In this document: positions 9,664 to 18,589 of the stretch, in pieces | How the letters are laid out: each line of letters begins with the position of its first letter | How positions within the stretch are numbered: position 1 is the first letter of the stretch | From: a virus | Lineage: Duplodnaviria > Caudoviricetes | Strand: one strand, 5' to 3' | Virus record (IMG/VR): IMGVR_UViG_3300024297_000001 | Length of the DNA stretch: 64,000 nucleotides | Notes under the pieces: model-generated | What the model was told of the DNA's origin: nothing | Database searches by the model: none | What the model saw: the letters and a program-made list of their open reading frames with translations, nothing else | Program-made: the position numbers and the translations under genes

Positions 9664-12600
9664 TTATTTCCCATGTCCCATTTCTTGTGGTGTAGTAGGA
9701 TCGATGAGATTCTCATCGTGATCAAGTCCGAAGTTTGTACCTGCTACAAACATACTGTGAGCCGCCATATCACCATCTATTGATTTTTGGAAGTTCATTT
9801 GGGTAGTAACATTGATTTTTCTACTTGCTTCAGAACTAATTGCTCTACCTTGTATTCTAACTTCACCAGCGATAACTGCGTTAACGTTAACGTTTGTGCC
9901 ACCGCCGCTAATTCTACTATCTACATATCCTGCAATAGCCCTTTGTGTAGGCACAATTTCGTTACTATTTGCTGTAAATGTTGTATCAGTACTAAATTCT
10001 CTAATAACAGCATTTGTACCACCAAGTGTAACTCCGCCTAATCGTAATTCACTTAACCCATCTAACTCAAAGTATGATGCGTTTAGTGTAACAATACCAG
10101 TTGCCTGTTCAACTGTAAACAATTCACCAACCCTAAAGTTACCATCTTGGTCAGTACTTGTGTAGAATACTCTACCACCGCCTTTGTTTTCAGTTTCTTG
10201 GAATTCTCTTATATCATAACCTTCAATTGGTGTTAGTAACGGATACTGTGAATTGTATAAGTTACCTTTACCAATTTCTAAGAAGTCGTGTCCTGTTAAT
10301 CTTACCTGTGAATATTTTTGTCTAATAGTTAAAGTAGTTTCATGTTCAGGAGATTCTGCTCTATCAATGTTTGGAGTAATACCAAGCGTTGCTGTAAAGT
10401 TTGGCGCACTTCCTGTAACATTTGTAATAGTTTGTACAGCATAGAACACATCATTAATACCATCAATGTATAAGTTGTCACCTGGTCCAGGTTCTCTTGT
10501 TAAATCTTTAACTGTAATGCTTGTACCAATTTGATACATGTCTGCATAACCATCACCTGATACTGTAACACCAATGTTAATATATCCTGTACCTCTGTTT
10601 GTAAATTCAACTTGTCCAACACAACCATCTGCCATTCTAACATCATAGTAAACATCTCTTGTGTTATCTGGATCAATAATTGTCATTGTTGGAGGTGTTG
10701 ATCCGTAACCTGATCCTGCTTCTTGTATGTAGAATGTAAGTAATTTACCACCACTTGCTCCTAACACAGTTGCTCTTGTTGTTGCACCTGTTTTTAAAGT
10801 TGCTAATGATGAAATAGATCCATTTGTTGTTGGATAAAATATTGGACCTGTTGATGTTGCACTTGGTATCATACCATTAAACGATCCGCCTAATGAAGTT
10901 TTACTTGTCCAGTAAACGCCATCGTCTGATTGAACAACTCCACCACTTGCTGAAATCCCTAAGAACACACCTTGATTGTATGCAATGTAAATGTTATCTG
11001 AAACGTCTGTGTTATTACCTGCAATCCATACAGTACTTGCAGTCGCTATCGAAGCGTCTGTGAAACTGTGGAAGAATTTATTATTTACAGTTGATAAATC
11101 GTTTGGTGAATCAAAAGTTGAAGCAACAAATTTACCTGCACCATACACAAGGTCACAAACATCATGTTGTACACCACCAATGTCTGGCCCAGCAGTCCAT
11201 GTAACACCATCGTCAACACTTTCCCAAGTGTCGCCTGCTTCGTTACAAATTACCCATTTGCCATTTCCATAAGCCATAAATTCTGCGTTACTTACACCTG
11301 CTGTAACTTCTGTCCAGTTAGCACCATCGTCTGCACTTCTATAAATTTTATCTGTTCCAGGACCAATAGCACATATAACATTGTTACCAACTTCTATCTT
11401 AGTAAATGTTTGACTGTAACTTAATAAGTTAGTTGCTGAATCGCCCCAACTTGTTCCGTCATTGGATTGTTTAACTCTACCATTACCGTCAACTGCAACA
11501 TATTGTGATGCGCCTCTAACAACTCCAATGTAAGTTAAATCTTGATATGAACTTGCTTCAGTAAATGAAGTTCCGTCATCAGTCCAAACAATGCTATTGT
11601 TACCAACAACAACTGTTCTTTTGTTATCACCAATCTTAGTAGTAGCACTCTGGACAGCCGCACTGTTACTTGGAAGTGTTGCACTATTCTGTGTGAAAGT
11701 TGGCGAAGTAAATGTAAGTCTTGGTGTAATCTCATAACGTGTTGTTTCATCTAACACTGTTGCAATAGGCTCACCTGGTAAATGATGTTGCCAACCTGGC
11801 AATCCATCTATAGGTCTTGCAACTGTCATTGTTTTGTCACCAGCAGTAACTGAATCAATAGTAAATGTAACGTTACTACCTGTTCCGCCAATTGCCGCCG
11901 CTTGTATTGTAATAATATCTCCAACTTGGTTTTTTGTACCTGGAGCAGTAATTGATATTCCTACAAGTCCTGTTGCGTCAATACTTACTGTAACTGTTGG
12001 TGGTGTTGTATCTGCTCTACTGCTTGTACCAACTTTATCTGTGTATACACCTTCAGTAAGTGTTGCATCTTGTCCACTTGTTACAGTTGATGTTACTGCA
12101 CCACCGTTGTTCCAGTCGTAACTTGTAATATAAGCGTATTGTCCTCTGCCTTCACCTTCAATAATTGTAATTAATTTGTTTAAGTAGTATTCTTCATTGT
12201 TAACATCTTGGTTAGCAATTTGTATGCTTGTTTCATTACCACTTTGTGCTCTGTTGTTTGCGTATGTATATCCGTCACCACCTGCAAAACTTGAGTCACC
12301 TGGATCAGTAACTCTAATTTCTTGTACTGCACCATCTCTAAATTCTGTTAATAAACCTGTCGCACCAGAACCTGAACCTGTAATGTTTACAGTACCAGTT
12401 GTGTAATGCGTACCTGTTGTAGTATATCCAACTGCAAATAATTTGTTTTCATCGTTGTATACTTTACCTACTGTTGCTTCTGTTGCGTAGTTGTCTACCT
12501 TAGCACTAATAGGTGTTTCGTTGTTGTCAAATCCTAATGCAACTGAACCGTATTCACCATATGAGTTGTTACCATTTGTTGCACGTACCTTACCACCGTC

Positions 12601-15600
12601 AGTACACAAGTAACCAATGTAACAATAATATGTAAACACTGATACAAGTTCTGACAACCCGTCTGCGTTACACCAGTAACCAATACCGTCTTGTATAATT
12701 TGTGTAAAGTCGTTAGCAACAATAGATTTGTTACCACCGTTGTGTAATGTTCCATCAACTTTCATACCAACACACTTGCTACCAAACGTTGAACAGTTTT
12801 GTACGTATGTTGATTTAGTTGTTACCCAAACAGATTGATCGTCTGGTCCTGCACCTGGATCAAGTGCAACAAAGGCGTTACCTGGAGTAACCCTTCTAAT
12901 TAAGTTTGCATCTGGATCTGTAAATTCACCTTCAAGTCCTGACATTGTTAAGTTTCTAATACCACAACCGTTTCTAACACGGAACATGTCATTGCCTTTA
13001 GTTTCAGCAGTTGCTACTACTGATGTTGAACGTAATTCGTCACCTACAATAGCAACATCTTTTGGAACAGTAATCGGACAAATTTCTTCGTAACGTCCTG
13101 TTTTAACAAGTATTGTTGCTGGTGCTCTTGTACCTTCATCTTCTAAAATATATTGTGTAGCATACTTAATTGATTTAAATGGAGACGTTGCTGATAGTCC
13201 TCTACCTGCACTGTTAGCGTCAACACCGTCTGGAGAAACAAAGTAAACTTTATCTGTTTGTTCTAATGATTCCCAATTTAAATCTGTGTCTGCTTTAACT
13301 TTAAGTGCATCACCTGGATTATTAATTCCTAATCTTGCAGTACTTGTTGAACCATGTGTTCTGATATCACCATAGTATTGAAGTACGTTTGTGTTACCAC
13401 CTTCAACAACTGTTTGCCAAAAATCTTGTTGTGTATAATCAATGTCTAAGTCTGGTCTTGAACCTGATGTACTTGCACTGTGTCTCTTAATACAACGATA
13501 AAGTGTTCCAACGTATGTTACAATATCACCTAACATATATTCGTTGGTTACTGGAGAAGCATTTACTAATACTGTTTCTGCCCAGTTACCTCTAAACTTA
13601 TCGCCGTCGATTAATGTTTGCCAGTAGTTGTCTGAATATTGTGTTGTCAGATAAGACTGATCATACATACCACTGTGTGCGTTACAAACAAGATAGTTTT
13701 TCTTGTATGCATCTCTTGGTACAATGTACTGTACATATCTTTCAGTTGCCGCGGCAAATCCTGAAACGTATGCCGCCAAGTCTGCAACTTGAGTACCATC
13801 TAACCACCATGTTTGACCATTGTCAACATAGTTGTATTGTCCACCTGTATGGTGACCATTTTCGCTTGTACTAATATACAATGCATGTGTAAGATTAGAT
13901 GAATCGTTTTGATAAAACTTATAAGTGTTACCTTCTTTTAATGTTAAGGCACCTATAAGTACACCGTTAACATAATATCTATTTCCACTGCCTGGATTAC
14001 CAACTGTAATTGTTACATTTTCAGTTGACTTTGCATCATCTGGTTCGTTACCTACATTATCTCTAAGTGCATGATACAACCAACCGCCGAATCTTACAAT
14101 GTCTCCTGTTCTGTAAGCGGTAGCGGAATTCCAATCTGTTGCAGTTTCTCTTAAGTCTGGGTTTTGATTATACTGTGAACCTAATCTGTAACCCTGTACA
14201 GTTAATTCCCAGTCACCTGTGTCTTGAGTAATTCCGTTTGCACTTGGTATGCTGTTAGTACTAATTTGTAATGCAGTATAAGTGTAACCACCGTAACGTA
14301 CAATGTCGCCTGGCTGATAAACTTCTGCTTCACTCCATTGTGTTTCATATTCATAACCTGGTAACCAGATACTAAAGAAACTTTCTGCGAATGTTACATC
14401 TGAATTGTGTCCTGTGGTACAATACCACATTGTAGGACCAAACCTTACAATGTCACCAACTTTATATTTTTCTCTTTTAGAAAGTGTTTGGTTTCCTGTT
14501 CCGCCTTCTGCAAGTCTATTGTTTCTATTTGCAAGAGCATCATCTTTTTCAAAGTATAATTTAACACTATTGCCGTCAACAAGTCTTACATAGTAATAAG
14601 TGTTGTCAACAAGATTGTCAGCCGCTGTTCCGTCTGATGTATATTGAACTAAATCACCATCTGATAGTCCATGACTTGTTGCTGTAACAACTCCGCCTGT
14701 AACACTTTCAACTGCTATATCTGCTTTACTAACCCAGTGTCCTTTATACTCAATACCTGAAAGGAAAATTTCCCATGACGTTTGATCTTCTTCAAGACCA
14801 AGTCCATCATCGTTAGCACTAAAATGTCCTGTAGTACAACGATAAGTTATACCACCATAGCGTACTAAATCATCTTCTACATATCTTACTCTTGGCTTCC
14901 AAGTATCTTTCCATTGATCTGCTCTTGTAACAATTTCCCATTTCGTTATGTCTGCTTCAAGACCTGCAATGGTAGTTGAACTTGTATGCTCCTGTGTTGC
15001 AATGTAAACTCTACCACCGTATTTTACTGTGTCTCCGATTGCATAGTTTACTTGAGGTAACCATTCGTATAACCAATTTTGGTCTGCTACCATTAACTTC
15101 CAGTTACCAAAGTCGCTTTCACCTAACTGACCTTGTTCTTGAATATTAATGTATGCACCTTTGTCTTCACTGTCTACAGTTCTGTCAAAGTAATAAATTT
15201 TGTCTGGAGCAGTTAAAGGAACTGTCCATCTAATTCTTCTGCTTGATGCTGATGCAAATCCACTTAGATAAGATGAAAGCGGTGCTTCAATACCATCAAG
15301 ATAATATGTAAATCCTTCTGTGTAATAATCTACTAATGCTGTTTCATGTTTGTCGCCATCTTCATACTTACTAAATGCAAGTGGATGAATTTGACTTCCA
15401 AACGTTGCGTTAGTTGCATCGTCTTGATTAAATTCGTATGTTGATCCTTTATTAAAAGTTAAAATATTTTTCTCAGTACCATTTAAATAAATTGTACCTG
15501 TAGCAGATTGTCCTCTACCTGTTGGAAAAATACTTCCAGAATCGTAATCTATTGTAACTGCAACTTCTGTTGCACCTTCTGGTACAGAGTATGCAGAAGA

Positions 15601-15897
15601 AGTATGTCCAATAATTGCCGCATATACTTGACCACCATAACGAACAATGTCATTAACTCTGTAGTAGTAATTAGGTTTCCACGCATCAAGCCATTCATAA
15701 CCATCAGACATTTGTGTCCATTTAGGTAATGTAGCATTTAAGTAGTCTACGTAAAAGTCTGGATCAGAGGTATGTCCGTTTAAGCAAACAAACGTTTTAC
15801 CACCATATGATACTATGTCGTCTTTAATATATTGCTTAGATGTTTGCCAAGGGCCTGTCCATCTAAAGCGGATTCTATCAAGTTTAAATTCAGCCAT
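9664..15897 (-). CDS. Giant tail-fibre/virion structural protein, paralog of 4282..9624 with inserted cupredoxin-like and Asp-box (BNR) domains
   Basis: 2077 aa. Same N-terminus (MAEFKL.RIRF.W) and C-terminal block as 4282..9624. Five S.D.G..W Asp-box motifs and two L.L..G.TY.F...H domains. Confidence 0.75.
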   Translation of the reverse strand: MAEFKLDRIRFRWTGPWQTSKQYIKDDIVSYGGKTFVCLNGHTSDPDFYVDYLNATLPKWTQMSDGYEWLDAWKPNYYYRVNDIVRYGGQVYAAIIGHTSSAYSVPEGATEVAVTIDYDSGSIFPTGRGQSATGTIYLNGTEKNILTFNKGSTYEFNQDDATNATFGSQIHPLAFSKYEDGDKHETALVDYYTEGFTYYLDGIEAPLSSYLSGFASASSRRIRWTVPLTAPDKIYYFDRTVDSEDKGAYINIQEQGQLGESDFGNWKLMVADQNWLYEWLPQVNYAIGDTVKYGGRVYIATQEHTSSTTIAGLEADITKWEIVTRADQWKDTWKPRVRYVEDDLVRYGGITYRCTTGHFSANDDGLGLEEDQTSWEIFLSGIEYKGHWVSKADIAVESVTGGVVTATSHGLSDGDLVQYTSDGTAADNLVDNTYYYVRLVDGNSVKLYFEKDDALANRNNRLAEGGTGNQTLSKREKYKVGDIVRFGPTMWYCTTGHNSDVTFAESFFSIWLPGYEYETQWSEAEVYQPGDIVRYGGYTYTALQISTNSIPSANGITQDTGDWELTVQGYRLGSQYNQNPDLRETATDWNSATAYRTGDIVRFGGWLYHALRDNVGNEPDDAKSTENVTITVGNPGSGNRYYVNGVLIGALTLKEGNTYKFYQNDSSNLTHALYISTSENGHHTGGQYNYVDNGQTWWLDGTQVADLAAYVSGFAAATERYVQYIVPRDAYKKNYLVCNAHSGMYDQSYLTTQYSDNYWQTLIDGDKFRGNWAETVLVNASPVTNEYMLGDIVTYVGTLYRCIKRHSASTSGSRPDLDIDYTQQDFWQTVVEGGNTNVLQYYGDIRTHGSTSTARLGINNPGDALKVKADTDLNWESLEQTDKVYFVSPDGVDANSAGRGLSATSPFKSIKYATQYILEDEGTRAPATILVKTGRYEEICPITVPKDVAIVGDELRSTSVVATAETKGNDMFRVRNGCGIRNLTMSGLEGEFTDPDANLIRRVTPGNAFVALDPGAGPDDQSVWVTTKSTYVQNCSTFGSKCVGMKVDGTLHNGGNKSIVANDFTQIIQDGIGYWCNADGLSELVSVFTYYCYIGYLCTDGGKVRATNGNNSYGEYGSVALGFDNNETPISAKVDNYATEATVGKVYNDENKLFAVGYTTTGTHYTTGTVNITGSGSGATGLLTEFRDGAVQEIRVTDPGDSSFAGGDGYTYANNRAQSGNETSIQIANQDVNNEEYYLNKLITIIEGEGRGQYAYITSYDWNNGGAVTSTVTSGQDATLTEGVYTDKVGTSSRADTTPPTVTVSIDATGLVGISITAPGTKNQVGDIITIQAAAIGGTGSNVTFTIDSVTAGDKTMTVARPIDGLPGWQHHLPGEPIATVLDETTRYEITPRLTFTSPTFTQNSATLPSNSAAVQSATTKIGDNKRTVVVGNNSIVWTDDGTSFTEASSYQDLTYIGVVRGASQYVAVDGNGRVKQSNDGTSWGDSATNLLSYSQTFTKIEVGNNVICAIGPGTDKIYRSADDGANWTEVTAGVSNAEFMAYGNGKWVICNEAGDTWESVDDGVTWTAGPDIGGVQHDVCDLVYGAGKFVASTFDSPNDLSTVNNKFFHSFTDASIATASTVWIAGNNTDVSDNIYIAYNQGVFLGISASGGVVQSDDGVYWTSKTSLGGSFNGMIPSATSTGPIFYPTTNGSISSLATLKTGATTRATVLGASGGKLLTFYIQEAGSGYGSTPPTMTIIDPDNTRDVYYDVRMADGCVGQVEFTNRGTGYINIGVTVSGDGYADMYQIGTSITVKDLTREPGPGDNLYIDGINDVFYAVQTITNVTGSAPNFTATLGITPNIDRAESPEHETTLTIRQKYSQVRLTGHDFLEIGKGNLYNSQYPLLTPIEGYDIREFQETENKGGGRVFYTSTDQDGNFRVGELFTVEQATGIVTLNASYFELDGLSELRLGGVTLGGTNAVIREFSTDTTFTANSNEIVPTQRAIAGYVDSRISGGGTNVNVNAVIAGEVRIQGRAISSEASRKINVTTQMNFQKSIDGDMAAHSMFVAGTNFGLDHDENLIDPTTPQEMGHGK

Positions 15898-15936
15898 TGT
15901 TTCTACTTTCCTGCGTGTTCATATTGTATTTAACCA

Positions 15937-16305
15937 TTATGGAGATGTCCCATTTGGAAAATCGTAATTCTGATTGATTCTAACAATTAAATTGCCTTCT
16001 TCGTCAACATAATATATTAGGTTTCTATCGTCCCATCTAAATTGTTCATATCTTAAGTTATCATATGATGTGTTATGTTCTTCATCTCTACCTTCAAAAA
16101 ACTCAATTCCTCTTTGAAAATCTGGATAATTTTCTGTTGGATCTCCAGGCTTGTTTAATTGTACACCGTCAGTTGCTTTCAACTGATCTGATTTAATCAG
16201 GTACAAATCACCCTCGTCTGTTCGACGTAATCCATAAAAGAATCTACTTCCTTTTACTGTTTTTAGTAGTGTTCCTACTTCTGTACCTTGATAAAAACTT
16301 GCCAT
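15937..16305 (-). CDS. Small hypothetical virion protein (paralog of 17788..18246)
   Basis: 122 aa. FYGLRRTD.G.L.L, EFFEGRD..HN..Y.NL.YEQFRWDD.NL.YYV..EG.L.VRINQ is shared with the paralog. Confidence 0.65.
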   Translation of the reverse strand: MASFYQGTEVGTLLKTVKGSRFFYGLRRTDEGDLYLIKSDQLKATDGVQLNKPGDPTENYPDFQRGIEFFEGRDEEHNTSYDNLRYEQFRWDDRNLIYYVDEEGNLIVRINQNYDFPNGTSP

Positions 16306-16314
16306 TATAAATCC

Positions 16315-17772
16315 TTACGCGATGTTAATTGTGTTCCCCATGTTACTGTGTGCAGTACATTGATAATACAATGTTGCTGGTGCGTCCATTGGTACTGTGA
16401 AAGTAATAACTCCACTTGATGCACCGTTGTTTGCTACGCCGCTTGAGTAAGCACCGCCACCGTTTGAAACTCTAATTTGTAAAGGGTGTCCGCCTCCACT
16501 GTTATTAATAAAGTAATAAGTTTGTCCTTTTTTCAAATACAAAACTGGATCATTAGTTGTGTTTGGAAAACCTGGACCAGTAAATGTGTAGTCTGATGTT
16601 CCGTTTGATCCAACGTTCCATGTTGTTGCAGGACCATTTTGCATAACATAACTTGTTCCGTTGTATGCAAGTGTGTAACCAACTGCTTGGTTAGCATTAC
16701 TTACATCTGTTAATGCGTTAAGTGTAGTTGCACCAACTGTACCGTTGTAGTTAATTGTTAGTGTATCGCCTACAACTTCAGTTGCAATACCTGTACCACC
16801 AGCAACTGTAAGTGTGTCAGTTAATCCTGATGCTGTTGTGCTACCAGTATCACCTGTAAATGTTGCAAACAAGTTTTGGTCTGTTGATTGATCAACAACA
16901 AATTCTAATGCGTTACCAGCACCGTTAACTTTAACAAATCTATTTGCCGCACCTGTAAAGTTTACTGGTGTATCAGATAAGTTTAAGAAAGCACCGCCAA
17001 ATAATGTTGGCTTGTTAGTAAAGTTTGTGTAATCTAAAAAGTATGCACTGTCAAATCCATCTAATGTATCAGCGTCAGTACCGCCACCACCTGATGCAAT
17101 ATCAGTTCCTGGTGCCCATTGTGCGCCGTCCCATTTAAGAACATCACCTGTACTTGCTGACGAACTTGATACATCACTTAATGAACCAATTGTAATTGCC
17201 GCAACTTCTGCCGCTGTAACTGCTGTTGAAAATTCTAATGCTGTTGCACCTGAGTTTACTCTTACAAGTTTGCCATTTGCTGATGAAAAGTTAGATGGCG
17301 TATCTGTTAATGCAGTGAATGTAGTAGAACCACCTCCACCACCGCCAGCGCCTGGTTGGAATCTTGAGTTAGAAGTATTCCAAACAAGAACTTCTCCATC
17401 GTTAATTCCTGCTGTGGTTACATCTGATAAACTGTTAATGCTTGAAGTAGTGTCTAACATTTTGACCCAAGCGTTACTGTGAGCATAGTAAACTGCCGCG
17501 TCTGCTGTAACTTTTGCTAACATGCCGTCGTAGGTTGTAGGACTTGGTAAACCGGCAAAGTTGTTATACAAGAAAGTTATTTTATTGCTTCCAGTTGCTG
17601 TACTTGGATATGAATTTAATACTCCGTTTTGGACAACGCTGAGTACTGATCCGTCTCCTAATGCTGTATATAACTCGTTAAAGTTATTATTTAATTTTGT
17701 AGCGCCTGCTCTAAGGTTATCACCTTGTCCATCATTTGGTAGAACACCTACATTTACTATTTGTTTTGCCAT
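16315..17772 (-). CDS. Virion protein with a T4 gp9/gp10-like N-terminal attachment motif and a C-terminal cupredoxin-like domain
   Basis: MAKQIVNVGVLPNDGQGDNLRAGATKLNNNFNELY matches the gp9/gp10 N-terminal motif. Short L..LSDV repeats follow. The C-terminus reads HPLQIR...LYYQCTAHSNMG. Confidence 0.7.
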   Translation of the reverse strand: MAKQIVNVGVLPNDGQGDNLRAGATKLNNNFNELYTALGDGSVLSVVQNGVLNSYPSTATGSNKITFLYNNFAGLPSPTTYDGMLAKVTADAAVYYAHSNAWVKMLDTTSSINSLSDVTTAGINDGEVLVWNTSNSRFQPGAGGGGGGSTTFTALTDTPSNFSSANGKLVRVNSGATALEFSTAVTAAEVAAITIGSLSDVSSSSASTGDVLKWDGAQWAPGTDIASGGGGTDADTLDGFDSAYFLDYTNFTNKPTLFGGAFLNLSDTPVNFTGAANRFVKVNGAGNALEFVVDQSTDQNLFATFTGDTGSTTASGLTDTLTVAGGTGIATEVVGDTLTINYNGTVGATTLNALTDVSNANQAVGYTLAYNGTSYVMQNGPATTWNVGSNGTSDYTFTGPGFPNTTNDPVLYLKKGQTYYFINNSGGGHPLQIRVSNGGGAYSSGVANNGASSGVITFTVPMDAPATLYYQCTAHSNMGNTINIA

Positions 17773-17787
17773 TTTTTGCTCCTACTC

Positions 17788-18246
17788 CTACGTTTGATCA
17801 AATGTAATGTTGTTGTTGTCCATTGTAAGGTTTGTGTTATCCCATTCCTTATCACTGTCAACGATTACAGTGTTGTCGCCTGCATATTCAACGGCACCAT
17901 CTGCTAATCCTTGGTTAATTCTTACAACAAGTTCGCCGTCATCATTTACATAATAAAATAAATTTGCATCGTCCCAACGAAATTGTTCATAATTTAAATT
18001 CTTGTACGTCAAGTTATGTGCTGAATCTCTTCCTTCAAAGAACTCTGCACCTTCATCAAAGTCTGGAAAGTTATCAACTACGTCACCTTCCTTGTTAATT
18101 TGAATAGTGTCTGTCAAACTTAATTGATCTAACTTACCTAAAAACAATTCTCCAGAGTCAGTTCTACGTAATCCGTAAAAGTATCTTTCTCCAAGATTGT
18201 CTTCAATGGTTTGTGTAATTGACTGACCTTCATAAAAAACTGACAT
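17788..18246 (-). CDS. Small hypothetical virion protein (paralog of 15937..16305)
   Basis: 152 aa with the shared FYGLRRTD and YEQFRWDD motifs. Confidence 0.65.
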   Translation of the reverse strand: MSVFYEGQSITQTIEDNLGERYFYGLRRTDSGELFLGKLDQLSLTDTIQINKEGDVVDNFPDFDEGAEFFEGRDSAHNLTYKNLNYEQFRWDDANLFYYVNDDGELVVRINQGLADGAVEYAGDNTVIVDSDKEWDNTNLTMDNNNITFDQT

Positions 18247-18247
18247 A

Positions 18248-18577
18248 CTACACTATCTCCACGTAACTCATAACTGCATCTAAACTTCCGTCAATGTCTG
18301 ATTGAATAGACAGTTCATTCTCTGATGCAAGAATAATTTTTTCACCACCGTTCAATACTTTTAAAGTTGCGTTCGGTGGAATCAAAACATTTTTTAAGTA
18401 AAATGCTTCAATTGATGTATCGTCTGCAATTAAAACGCTGGTACTTACAACGGATTCAGTTAAGTTGGCTAACGAAAGGCCAACGATCGTTGCTGTTGTA
18501 CTTGGACCAGCCTTGTAAACAGGAACTTTCACTGTTCCAATTTCTTTAATTGCTTTTGTTCTAAAAAATGTTGCCAT
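18248..18577 (-). CDS. Small beta-rich virion protein (paralog of 3951..4268)
   Basis: 109 aa with the VY....T.TIVGLSLAN...K..L..GEKIIL pattern; directly downstream of the 1236-aa fibre gene. Confidence 0.65.
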   Translation of the reverse strand: MATFFRTKAIKEIGTVKVPVYKAGPSTTATIVGLSLANLTESVVSTSVLIADDTSIEAFYLKNVLIPPNATLKVLNGGEKIILASENELSIQSDIDGSLDAVMSYVEIV

Positions 18578-18589
18578 CTTATTTCCTTA

